A DNA stretch of 54,934 nucleotides from Alphaproteobacteria bacterium (GTDB lineage: Bacteria; Pseudomonadota; Alphaproteobacteria; Rs-D84). Shown one piece after another: positions 1 to 9,151 of the stretch. Under the pieces are notes generated by a model that had not been told where the DNA came from, did not search any database, and saw nothing but the letters and a program-made list of their open reading frames with translations. Positions within the stretch are counted from its first letter, which is position 1. Each line of letters starts with the position of its first letter. The stretch lies in contig JAFTNY010000001.1 of NCBI GenBank assembly GCA_017451625.1, positions 1 through 54,934 on the forward strand, in the 5' to 3' direction. Made by a program: the position numbers and the translations under genes.

Positions 1-230
1 GAGGTTTAATATGTAAACCTACTACCTGTCTAGGATATGCACATTTGACTTAGTCAAAGTTTGGATATTCCAAATTCAACTGTCTGCACATCCCTTCTTG
101 AATTTTTGATGAGCTGCTTTTATTCACAATGTTTGCGTGTTTTACAAGAACCCTTTTCATACCGTTCGTTCCGTAAACCGCAGAATTTCAGGGGTTGAGT
201 TTCTTTTTGTTTTGTTGTCTCAACTTGAAA

Positions 231-267
231 GCCCGCATATTATTTGCTCAAACTTTCGAAAAGTCAA
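231..267 (-). promoter_or_regulatory. Strong sigma70-type promoter firing off the left end, stable-RNA (rrn-like) architecture
   Basis: Minus strand: TTGACT (262-267), then AATAAT (239-244, 17-nt spacer) or TAATAT (237-242, 19-nt spacer), then GC-rich GCGGGC discriminator. Long A/T tracts lie upstream (about 270-410). There is no credible ORF in 1-230. Confidence 0.5.
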
Positions 268-438
268 GCGGAATTTCGAAAATAATTTTGAGAAAATTTC
301 TAAATCAGGATTTTTTGCCAGAAATCCGCCGTTTTTTGTCCGAAAAAAATTTTCATTTTTTATTTTAGCGGCCGTTTTTCTGATTCGGTTTTAGTGTTTT
401 TTTGATTCGGATTTGGAATCGAATCGTACCCAAAGGCA

Positions 439-1233
439 TCAAAACCGGTATGCAAAGCCCACTTTTACCATAGGGAACAGCCGAAAATCAGATAAATCAC
501 GATTCGCATCGCGCTGGGCCGAGGCAACATCCGATTCCAGTTGGGGAATTGAAACCGGCGACCAAGTTTGGGATTCTGTATTATATATATATAATTGTTG
601 GTTTGGTATATCCAGTGTCAGGTGTGCGGGGCGCGACGTAAATATAACCCCAAGGTCCACAAACAAAGAAAAGCCGCAAAACAAGCCAATATCCCAACCT
701 GTTCCGATGTACGGCCCATGAAAATCCCAATTTATGTTTGCAGAACCATTAAAATTATTCCCGTTATAGTAATAATGATCGCCGGCCAGATAAAAATAGA
801 ATCGATCAGACGGTGCATTTGCAACCGTACCATAGATTGCAGATGTTAAATCCGCCCCAGCCCACGCATAGCCGCCACTGATTCGCCATGCGCCCGCCAT
901 TGGATAAAAGTCCAGCAACATCGCCCCATGCCACGAATCCAGCGAACCGTCATCGATTCGCACGCCGTCGCCAACATCAACCCCATCCCCCATAAAGGAA
1001 TCGATGGCGGAATCGATGGCAGACTTTAACGCATCTGTGCCGGCGACATCGATTCGCACACCAAAATGACGCAACCAATACGATTCGAAGCTTGGATTAT
1101 GATATCCTGCGACCACGTTCATACCGGTGGTTCCAGATACCCCCACACCAAACTGCAGTCCACGCAACACCGACGCGTCCGCCAGCGTCGGCATTGCAAC
1201 AAATAAACAGAATATTGGTATAAATTTTTTCAT
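439..1233 (-). CDS. Outer-membrane beta-barrel protein
   Basis: Signal peptide (MKKFIPIFCLFVAMPTLADA), alternating amphipathic strands rich in G/Y/W/F, and C-terminal BAM-type signal MVKVGFAYRF. Confidence 0.75.
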   Translation of the reverse strand: MKKFIPIFCLFVAMPTLADASVLRGLQFGVGVSGTTGMNVVAGYHNPSFESYWLRHFGVRIDVAGTDALKSAIDSAIDSFMGDGVDVGDGVRIDDGSLDSWHGAMLLDFYPMAGAWRISGGYAWAGADLTSAIYGTVANAPSDRFYFYLAGDHYYYNGNNFNGSANINWDFHGPYIGTGWDIGLFCGFSLFVDLGVIFTSRPAHLTLDIPNQQLYIYNTESQTWSPVSIPQLESDVASAQRDANRDLSDFRLFPMVKVGFAYRF

Positions 1234-1307
1234 ATACCAAAATATATACTAATTACACACGCACGACAATGGGCGTATATTCCACAACATACTGACATCA
1301 TGTCATA

Positions 1308-2294
1308 TCAGTCTTTGGTGCAGAGCCACCCCTTAAGATTATCCGGATCGCCGGAACACTTAAACGTGAATACAGTACCAGAGGCCGACGCGTTATATAC
1401 GGCTTGGCTTGTATTGCTAACCCAACAAGATTTGGCAATTAATTCAGAACAAGGATTATAATACAATTCGAGTCTGTCGTCTGGGTCTTCTGTATAAAAA
1501 CAATTTGCAGTACGCTCGTAAGTACCAACAGCATCCACATACGTACCGACAGGTTGATAACACTGGGTAATCTTGGTTGCACCACCGACCGGCGATGTCA
1601 TGGCATTTGCCAGCCCTGTTTTTTCGGCACACGAATAACATGTCGGAACCGACGTTGAACCATTGGCGGTTCCACCATAATATCCAGACGCACAACGATA
1701 ATATGAGGTACCGCTGCTGCACGTGCCATCGTCTTGGCAAACACGACTGATTTGCCTTCTTTGTACGCCAGTAGTGTATGCAGTCCAATCTTGTTTGTCA
1801 TCCCAACAGATTTCGTCATATTCACATACAAATTTTCGATAATTTGTTATTGTATATGATGTATTCCACGAATAGTATTGGGAACTGATTTTTAGAACTT
1901 CGTTTCCCATTAGCGTACGCTGCATTATCATATCACAAAGACCCAACTCGTCCTGATAGCCGGCCATATCATCATCCATACAAACCAATACAGGTGCGGC
2001 ACTAACATCATTTAAAGGCACCACCGCCGGCATTCCAAAACCTTGGGACGCAAAAGAACTGCATACACCAGAATAGTAACCATATTTAGTACAGACATAC
2101 CCAGTATCATACGTTCCCATCATCCCTGCAATCGCACCGCATATATGGTATGCATCCCCCGCATAACTGCCACCACTCATAATATCAGCACAACTGCCCA
2201 ACGGTATTAATTCGGGCACCCCTGGCGTTTCTGCCAATGCATCACACGTTCCCACAAATACAGCCAAAACCAAACCGACGTTTAGATTCGGCAC
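1308..2294 (-). CDS. Cys-rich exported hypothetical protein (GTG start uncertain)
   Basis: Hydrophobic N-terminus ending DALA, about 20 Cys, and module YRCASGYYG...TCYSC...GGATKITQCYQP...NCFY. An in-frame stop at 2328-2330 limits upstream extension. Confidence 0.7.
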   Translation of the reverse strand: MPNLNVGLVLAVFVGTCDALAETPGVPELIPLGSCADIMSGGSYAGDAYHICGAIAGMMGTYDTGYVCTKYGYYSGVCSSFASQGFGMPAVVPLNDVSAAPVLVCMDDDMAGYQDELGLCDMIMQRTLMGNEVLKISSQYYSWNTSYTITNYRKFVCEYDEICWDDKQDWTAYTTGVQRRQISRVCQDDGTCSSGTSYYRCASGYYGGTANGSTSVPTCYSCAEKTGLANAMTSPVGGATKITQCYQPVGTYVDAVGTYERTANCFYTEDPDDRLELYYNPCSELIAKSCWVSNTSQAVYNASASGTVFTFKCSGDPDNLKGWLCTKD

Positions 2295-2402
2295 AAAGTG
2301 GGAGATAAAAAATGCAGAAATCTGGGATTAAATTTTTGAATATTATGCCGAAGACAATCGTCCCATTGGATTCAGCAGTTATTTTTATCTTGTACGCCAT
2401 AC

Positions 2403-2431
2403 ATTTTACCGCGTACAGCGATTTTTTGCAA
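2403..2431 (-). promoter_or_regulatory. sigma70-type promoter for the Cys-rich protein gene
   Basis: TTGCAA (2426-2431), 17 nt, TAAAAT (2403-2408) on the minus strand. Confidence 0.55.
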
Positions 2432-2470
2432 GTGATAAAGTTGGACACATAATGATAAAAAAAACAAAGG

Positions 2471-2509
2471 ACCACCCCGCCCTGCGGGCACCCCTCCATA
2501 GGAGGGGAA
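2471..2509. repeat. Double-hairpin REP-like element
   Basis: ACCA-CCCGC/CCT/GCGGG-CA-CCCCTCC/ATA/GGAGGGG-AA: two adjacent GC-rich hairpins in an AT-rich intergenic spacer. Confidence 0.6.
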
Positions 2510-2535
2510 CTTTAAAAAAGAAATACATAAAACAG

Positions 2536-2562
2536 TGGATGCCGGCCTGCGCCGGTATGACG
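2536..2562 (-). repeat. Solo CGTC-tagged REP-like palindrome, same family as the repeats flanking the GIY-YIG gene
   Basis: Minus strand CGTCATACCG-GCGCAGGC-CGGCATCCA, compared with TGTCATTCCC-GCGCAGGC-GGGAATAGG at 46631. The GTCAT tag and 8-nt centre are identical and the stem changes are partly compensatory. Confidence 0.7.
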
Positions 2563-2575
2563 ATGTTTGGGCAAT

Positions 2576-2603
2576 AAAAAATCCCGCCGGTGGCGGGATT
2601 TTA
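2576..2603. terminator. Bidirectional intrinsic terminator
   Basis: AAAATCCCGCC-GGT-GGCGGGATTTT, located just after the stop of the 1057-aa gene. Confidence 0.8.
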
Positions 2604-2617
2604 TTTGGACTAACAGA

Positions 2618-5600
2618 TTATTCCATGCTGGTTGAAATCACATCGCCGTATGTGCCGACTTCGTCGCCACCGATAAAGCAACGGATTTTCGAACCGACGT
2701 TGTTCATAAATTCGTCGATTGCTGCACGTTCGGCCGAATCCAGATTTGCCTGTTGGATACTGTCGGTGATTGTGTACCCCAGTATACCACCAGCAATCGC
2801 ACCAACACCGGCACCGATGCCTGCGGCTGCGCCTGTGCTTAAGCCCTTTTTATCTGTGGTGGTTGTATCACCATTTTCAACCAACTGTCTGCAGACATTT
2901 GCCAGTTTTTCAATTTCTTTGTTGGCTTTGTTTTTTGCTTCGGATTTGGCCGCACTTTCGTTCCAATCAGACTGACAAATCATAACAACATTGCCTTTCT
3001 CGTTTCTCGATTCCACCTTTGGACATTCGATCGTTGTCTGGGCGGCGGCATTGATTGCTTCGCGCGCAGATGCAATATTTGCCGTTGCAGTCTTGCCAGA
3101 ATCCATGTTTTCTACGGCAGTAATCAAACTGTTGCCATAGAATTGTGCATTTTGACCGTTGGATTCGTAGGTATATGCAGATGCCAAACTGGTGCAACGT
3201 TCTGCCGTCATTGTGGACGCCTTTTTAGAATCCTTGCCGATACCGGTCAGACCGCTGAATACATCGCCCTTTTGGATGCCTGCGCCCATATATGCGCCAC
3301 CGGCACCACCGCCCAATGCACCCAGTGCGGTCATCCAACCCTTAATCTTGGGCTGGGATGCCTTGGCATCGGCACGTGCATCTGCGCCGGCCGCGTTGGC
3401 CAATTCTTCCAACTTATCATTTGAAATCCATGAACCACATGTGAACGCGTCACCGGCCGCAAAGTATGCAACCGCCCAATCTGCGCCATTGTTAATCGCG
3501 TCTTGGATGCGCTTGTCATCAGAATGCAATGACACGCGTACACGACAGAACGAACCGTACAGGTCGTTGCTGGCCACGAATTGATTTGGTTTCAAACCGG
3601 CCACACTGTAGTTTGTTGGGACCTTGTTCGAACGCAGTTTTGCCCACATAAATGTAGAACCCATATCTTTGTTGCCCAAAATGCCACCGGCGTTGGACGA
3701 CATACACATATTCTGTTGCTGGGTCAATTTGGCATTGTATTTAGCCTGCGCTTCGATTTCCAAATCGTAAATCAAGTCTTTGAACAATGTGCTGGCCGCC
3801 TGTGTTTCAATGTATGTTGCATATGAAATCTTGACCGGTTGGTCATACACTGCGCCAGACGCATCAACGGTATAGCACACGCCTTGGTCGCCCTTGGCAT
3901 TTGTGCACAGGTCGTTTCCGTTTTCATCGACGGCCTGAACCTGTTCCATGGACAATTCCATATCAGATGTGCCACCTGCATCAATCCAGTCAGAACGGAC
4001 AGAACCAGTCCCCCAAGATGATGCCGATGAATTATTTGCGATTTTCAGTTTGTTTGTTTCAATCGCCAAGTGTTCAGAACACACATCTGCGTTTTTAACC
4101 GTATCAACACACAATCCCAATACGATTGTGTAATCCAGAACACCACCAACCTTGTTCATGGATTTATCAAACGCTGTGTCGCCAGAATTGGTCAGAGACG
4201 AATAGATGTCTGTACGATTGCGATAGCAATTTACATAATCCGAACCACACATTGACTTTACACAACTGGTTGCGACAGATTGACACTGCTTTTTCATCTT
4301 GGCAATGGCGGCATCGCTGTAATTATTCGCCAATGATGCATTTAACGATGCAATAACGCCGATTGGATCAGATTCTGCGCCGTCATCATATTCTGGGAAC
4401 AGTGTATCGAACGCATCTGCATCGATATAAGAATATGCATATGTGCCGGTCGCATTTGGATTCTGGGCGGCATATTTACAATTTGCATCAGTGTTGATTA
4501 CAGATGCGCACCCTGTCTTGATTTCATTGCGTGTGTAATCGTTGTTGATTGATTTGTCAGATGCACCAAATACCTGAGAATAACAGGCCGCACCCGAGCC
4601 ACCACCACAGACACGCATTGCGCACGCCTTGATTGTATCAACACATTTTTCTTTGGCGCGTGTATCAAATTTGTTAACCAAATCGGTGATTTTTGCACGC
4701 ATACCTGAATTCATGCGGGCAGAATACGCCAAATCATAGACTTCTTCTTGGTTGTCTTCGTCGCGCAGTTGGGACGATGTTGGCATTTGACCGTCGCCGA
4801 TAAAGGTTGCATAGCAATATTTATTGGAGCCAACCGTATCCAAACAAGAATTTTTGATATAGGACGAAATGTTCGATTTGCTGATAATCGCCGTTGCATC
4901 GGCAACCGCGGTAATATCTGTGCCGTTTGTAATGGCATCAACAATGTTTACCGTTTCAGCAGTCGCATTTTCATAGCACTTGTACGGATTTGCAGTACAT
5001 GCATTCAAAATACATTGGTCAACCACCTTGTAGCAGGTTGAAACCGCATTTACCGCGGCAAGGGCCGCCCCTTCGGCAATCATTTCGCCAATACGGCTGG
5101 ACGCGGATGGCGTTGCCGTTGTTGACGCGGTGCCGAACAGTTCAATTAAACCTTCGCTTTGGCAGCGGGCCAATGTGGAATCACAGAATACGCGCTGCTT
5201 TTTAAATTCAGAATTTGTTGTACACAATTCAAAGTCTGCGCCGCAAACACTGTCTTTGCGCAAACATGATGAATAACGACGAACACAGGACGATGTGTCG
5301 TATTTGTTTTCAATCGCCGCGGCAGAAATCATCTGGCCCAAGACACTGCCGTCTGTGGGGTATGTGTAATCTGTGATTTCGCCGTATGAATTTTTCGTTG
5401 CAACGTTAGACAATGCCGACACAGTCGATGTACCAAACAAACTGGACACGCCGGCCGATGAACATTGGGCCAATGTACTTAAACACTGGGGCATTTTGGC
5501 GTGAAACAGAACCTTGGTCGTGCATTCTTCGAAATTTGCACCACAGGCATCGCCACCCTTGATACACTGGGTATAGGCATCAATGCATTCGGCATTTGCC

Positions 5601-5791
5601 AACAAAGACGACGCAGTTGTTGTCGTCGTTGAAGTGGCACCACCGGTTGCACCAGTAATGTATGCCGACATCGTTGGCATGCGACGCGCCGTCGTTGCGT
5701 TCAGAACACTGGGGCGCGCGGTAACCGCGTATGCCGCAGGAATCACGCTGAACAATGCGAATAAACTGACTGTGTTTTTGAGAAAAGACAT
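2618..5791 (-). CDS. Large Cys-rich exported protein with internal repeats and two glycine-zipper-like hydrophobic segments
   Basis: Signal peptide and Thr-rich linker. Two repeats with exactly 100-aa period (C69/76/83/90/103/110 and C169/176/183/190/203/210), further CxxxxxxCxxxxC modules, and hydrophobic segments ALGALGGGAGGAYMG and GAAAGIGAGVGAIAGGILG. Confidence 0.85.
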   Translation of the reverse strand: MSFLKNTVSLFALFSVIPAAYAVTARPSVLNATTARRMPTMSAYITGATGGATSTTTTTASSLLANAECIDAYTQCIKGGDACGANFEECTTKVLFHAKMPQCLSTLAQCSSAGVSSLFGTSTVSALSNVATKNSYGEITDYTYPTDGSVLGQMISAAAIENKYDTSSCVRRYSSCLRKDSVCGADFELCTTNSEFKKQRVFCDSTLARCQSEGLIELFGTASTTATPSASSRIGEMIAEGAALAAVNAVSTCYKVVDQCILNACTANPYKCYENATAETVNIVDAITNGTDITAVADATAIISKSNISSYIKNSCLDTVGSNKYCYATFIGDGQMPTSSQLRDEDNQEEVYDLAYSARMNSGMRAKITDLVNKFDTRAKEKCVDTIKACAMRVCGGGSGAACYSQVFGASDKSINNDYTRNEIKTGCASVINTDANCKYAAQNPNATGTYAYSYIDADAFDTLFPEYDDGAESDPIGVIASLNASLANNYSDAAIAKMKKQCQSVATSCVKSMCGSDYVNCYRNRTDIYSSLTNSGDTAFDKSMNKVGGVLDYTIVLGLCVDTVKNADVCSEHLAIETNKLKIANNSSASSWGTGSVRSDWIDAGGTSDMELSMEQVQAVDENGNDLCTNAKGDQGVCYTVDASGAVYDQPVKISYATYIETQAASTLFKDLIYDLEIEAQAKYNAKLTQQQNMCMSSNAGGILGNKDMGSTFMWAKLRSNKVPTNYSVAGLKPNQFVASNDLYGSFCRVRVSLHSDDKRIQDAINNGADWAVAYFAAGDAFTCGSWISNDKLEELANAAGADARADAKASQPKIKGWMTALGALGGGAGGAYMGAGIQKGDVFSGLTGIGKDSKKASTMTAERCTSLASAYTYESNGQNAQFYGNSLITAVENMDSGKTATANIASAREAINAAAQTTIECPKVESRNEKGNVVMICQSDWNESAAKSEAKNKANKEIEKLANVCRQLVENGDTTTTDKKGLSTGAAAGIGAGVGAIAGGILGYTITDSIQQANLDSAERAAIDEFMNNVGSKIRCFIGGDEVGTYGDVISTSME

Positions 5792-5853
5792 CCCCTAACT
5801 CCATATTTTATTACTTTATTCTAGCATAAAAAGCGGCGTTAGGAAAGGGAAAA

Positions 5854-6813
5854 TTAGATATTTTCAAGCAAATATTTTAATTCCAACATGTCGTCAGGCA
5901 GACGCGTTTTAAAGCGCATTTGTTCGCCGGTTGTGGGGTGCGCAAACTCTAACACTTCGGCGTGCAACATCTGGCCGTCGTGGGTGCGCAGAAAATCCAA
6001 CAAATCTTGGTCGCGAACAGACCCCAGACGTGATGCACCGCGACCATACAATGGATCACACAACACAGGAAATCCATGTGCCGACAAATGAACGCGAATT
6101 TGGTGCGTGCGCCCAGTAAACAGCGTGCAACGCATTTGGGACACACCCGCACGCGACCACGCATTTACAACCGCGACATCGGTGTGGGACGGTTTGCCGC
6201 CGGTCTTGACCATGGTCATTTTCTGGCGATTGCGGGATGAACGCGCAATGTTGCCGGTGATTTCGGCCTCTTCCCAATTTGGGATTCCCCAGACAAAGGC
6301 GATATATTTTCGTGTTAAATCGTGTTCAGAAAAAATCTTGACCAAGCCGCGGAACGCCGCATCAGATTTCGCAAAAACCATAACACCACTGGTGTCCTTG
6401 TCCAGACGATGCACAACCCCCGGGCGTGTTTGGCCCCCCAATGCAGACAGATGTGTGTGCGCCAAAATATTCTGGACCAAGGTGCCGGTTTTATTGCCTG
6501 CGGATGGGTACATTACAACCCCACGTGGCTTGTTCACAACGATAATATCATCGTCTTCGAACAGGATTTCCAAATCAAAATCAGACGATATGTTTTCGGT
6601 CGCAACGTCGGTTTGGGCATCTGGAATACGAACAACAAACGCATCGCCAATGCGAATTTTTTCAGACATTTTTACCGGCGCGCCATCGGCACGTGTGGTT
6701 TCGAAACGCTGAATCTCGCTGCGTGAAAATTCGGGCATTTTGGATGCCAAAAACCTGTCCAGACGGACAATCTCATCAGTATCTGCAACAATAAATTCAC
6801 GTGTTTGTGTCAT
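5854..6813 (-). CDS. rluD: RluA/RluD family 23S rRNA pseudouridine synthase
   Basis: S4-like N-terminus (RLDRFLA), NKPRGVVMYP, HRLDKDTSG and GRTHQIRVH. Confidence 0.88.
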   Translation of the reverse strand: MTQTREFIVADTDEIVRLDRFLASKMPEFSRSEIQRFETTRADGAPVKMSEKIRIGDAFVVRIPDAQTDVATENISSDFDLEILFEDDDIIVVNKPRGVVMYPSAGNKTGTLVQNILAHTHLSALGGQTRPGVVHRLDKDTSGVMVFAKSDAAFRGLVKIFSEHDLTRKYIAFVWGIPNWEEAEITGNIARSSRNRQKMTMVKTGGKPSHTDVAVVNAWSRAGVSQMRCTLFTGRTHQIRVHLSAHGFPVLCDPLYGRGASRLGSVRDQDLLDFLRTHDGQMLHAEVLEFAHPTTGEQMRFKTRLPDDMLELKYLLENI

Positions 6814-6831
6814 GATAGAAAAATAATACCT

Positions 6832-7290
6832 TTACTTGTAATCATCCCAATCGGGTCCAACGGTACAGTCAGATAATTTAATCGTTAATTCACGTCCATC
6901 ATCCGATACAGGACAGGTTAAAATACCGGTTGTCGTCGCCTGATCTGCGTCGCGGGTGGCGTTGCGATATGCAAACTTTATTTCAGTCGGTGCCGCCACA
7001 CAGGCAATCGCCAAATCATTGTCAGATTTGCCATCAGGGCCAATCCAGACACGAACGCCAAACCCCAGTCCATAGCATGGAAAACCGTCCAGATAATACA
7101 ATACCAAACCGCGACCAACCAAACGTTTATCTGATATAAATTTGCCACTGTATTCGTTTAGTGTGCGACCGGTTACCGCCTGCCAGTCGGTGCTGGTTGA
7201 AAAAATACTGACGCGGGGCGCGGGGGCATCGGCAGCAACGGCCGATGTCAGTGCAAAAATTCCACAAAGTGCAAAAATTATTCGCTTCAT
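6832..7290 (-). CDS. Exported hypothetical protein
   Basis: Signal peptide MKRIIFALCGIFALTSAVAA; overlaps the upstream gene by 4 nt (coupled). Confidence 0.7.
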   Translation of the reverse strand: MKRIIFALCGIFALTSAVAADAPAPRVSIFSTSTDWQAVTGRTLNEYSGKFISDKRLVGRGLVLYYLDGFPCYGLGFGVRVWIGPDGKSDNDLAIACVAAPTEIKFAYRNATRDADQATTTGILTCPVSDDGRELTIKLSDCTVGPDWDDYK

Positions 7291-7814
7291 TCTTTTTCCC
7301 CTGATGGAACCTGAAATTCTGCCAGATGGGCAGAAATCTTTTTAACACCCGCCGGCTGGGGCGACAAAATGTGCTTAAATTCAACAGATGCACCAGAATC
7401 CAACAATGTCGCAGACGGCATAAACTTTTGCTGGGCCAAGACACGACCGTCGTCATCGGTTGACACGATTATCAAATCAGGCATACCGTAAATTTCATCA
7501 GATACGTTTGTGATTGTGCCACTGACCACAATGTGGGTTGCGCCATTTTCATCGGTCGTTGTATCAACAGCAGACACCGCCGCAACCAATGGACCACGTG
7601 TGGCGGTTGTGGCCTGATGATGCGTGATGACCGCAATCGCAAATATTATCGCCGACAGCAATGCGCACAAGGACGCAAAGAACATCAACCACGTATTCTT
7701 GCGCGGGGGTGGCGCAACACGCCACGTATTGCCACAAATTGCACACTGGACAGGCCCCACAGACACATCGTCTGTGTTATATTCGGTTTTGCAAAAATCA
7801 CATTTAATCTTCAT
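7287..7814 (-). CDS. Zinc-ribbon (MJ0042-like) membrane protein with DUF3426-like periplasmic domain
   Basis: CDFC...CAIC zinc finger, a single TM helix, then Ig-like VVSGTITN...LDSGASVEF. Confidence 0.75.
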   Translation of the reverse strand: MKIKCDFCKTEYNTDDVSVGPVQCAICGNTWRVAPPPRKNTWLMFFASLCALLSAIIFAIAVITHHQATTATRGPLVAAVSAVDTTTDENGATHIVVSGTITNVSDEIYGMPDLIIVSTDDDGRVLAQQKFMPSATLLDSGASVEFKHILSPQPAGVKKISAHLAEFQVPSGEKE

Positions 7815-7834
7815 AATTATACTTATACCACAAA

Positions 7835-9151
7835 TTATTGTAAATTCAACTGATGATATTTGGCGCGTACGCGTTTCTGGATTTCTGTGATTGCATTCAT
7901 ATAGTCTGCAACGGTGGCATTCTGATTCGCCGCAACGCCCCCAAAAATCTGGCCAGAATATGTCGCAGAATCGCCGTCATAACGCGTGGCCAAGGCCGCC
8001 ATACGGTTCAATTCTACGAATGTGGCATCTGACAAATTCGCACTTTTAGACCCAACGTCCCAATAGTATTCGGAATTTATCGAATCTTCGATACGGTCAT
8101 AGACAACCAATCGCGGTGTCATAGATCCGGCAAATCCAACACTGACAAACATCGCATCAATACGGCCAGATGTCATATCCAGTGAACGATTTATCTTTAA
8201 CAGGGCAAAATCATCCGACGAACTGACCGAAATATCACCCAATGTCAGGTTCGACACCCATAAATTTTCGGCCGTCAAAGACGTTAACTTGGCCACATCT
8301 GCAAATGACAGATTCCCCGAAATATCAATATTCTTGGCATCAGATGACAACATACCAGATACAGTGGATGCACGTGCAACAAAATCATAATCCAGCGTTG
8401 CACGATTTTGAAAGATTAGATTGTTGGCAACACCACGCGACAGGGTTAATCCTTGGCCAAATTCAGCATAATCTGCATTGAAAAATTTTGCATTGACGAT
8501 ATCGTGTCCGCCCAAGTTCAATGCAGACATCATTTTAGAATCGTCTGGTTTTTCCGATGGCACGCGCCACAGATACAGCGCATTATCACGATTTACAGAC
8601 GTTGTTTCAACAATACCATTTTCAATGTCGACCCCTAGATCAACACTGTCGGTATGCCACGTACCAAATGTGCCATAGGCGTGTTTGCCGTCAACAAATC
8701 CCATAGAACCACCAGACAGATTTACAATTTCGCGTGTACGCAATGGCGTAATGTCATCAGACACACGAACAACCACACCCTGCAATGTGGCATGGCCATT
8801 AACGTCGCTGGATTTAACAACGCGCAACTGATACACATCATCACCGGCGGACAAAACAGATTCAGGAACACCGAACGTCGCCAAATCTGCGACATTAACG
8901 CGGGTTATATTCTTGCCAACAGTGCGCAACAATTCGGCACGATTTGCAACAATGTATCGTTCCAGCGCAACCTGAATTTCCGCCATTTGGTTGGTTATTG
9001 CAATATTCTGGGCGCGAACAACGGCATCTTGTTGATATTGAAAAACAAACGGTATTATAACCGCGGCCAGCGCAACACTTAACAGCAATTCAACCAGCAT
9101 ACTGCCACGTGAATTATTCTTGCCAGAAAAAATATGTTTACAGGTCTTCAT
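7835..9151 (-). CDS. Large type IV prepilin, PilV/shufflon-N-like
   Basis: Prepilin site SRG/SMLVE plus hydrophobic helix. YLWR...KMMSALNLGGHDIVNA resembles the IncI PilV constant-region motif. Confidence 0.7.
   Translation of the reverse strand: MKTCKHIFSGKNNSRGSMLVELLLSVALAAVIIPFVFQYQQDAVVRAQNIAITNQMAEIQVALERYIVANRAELLRTVGKNITRVNVADLATFGVPESVLSAGDDVYQLRVVKSSDVNGHATLQGVVVRVSDDITPLRTREIVNLSGGSMGFVDGKHAYGTFGTWHTDSVDLGVDIENGIVETTSVNRDNALYLWRVPSEKPDDSKMMSALNLGGHDIVNAKFFNADYAEFGQGLTLSRGVANNLIFQNRATLDYDFVARASTVSGMLSSDAKNIDISGNLSFADVAKLTSLTAENLWVSNLTLGDISVSSSDDFALLKINRSLDMTSGRIDAMFVSVGFAGSMTPRLVVYDRIEDSINSEYYWDVGSKSANLSDATFVELNRMAALATRYDGDSATYSGQIFGGVAANQNATVADYMNAITEIQKRVRAKYHQLNLQ

Noticed and set aside
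1293-1305. Palindrome TGACAT-C-ATGTCA between the Cys-rich gene and the beta-barrel gene
   Set aside because: It is a single short occurrence, compatible with chance or a weak hairpin; no second copy was noticed.
2242-2499. 85-aa ORF reading through the double-hairpin repeat
   Set aside because: It starts inside the repeat, crosses a predicted promoter and overlaps the Cys-rich gene out of frame; it has no coding features.
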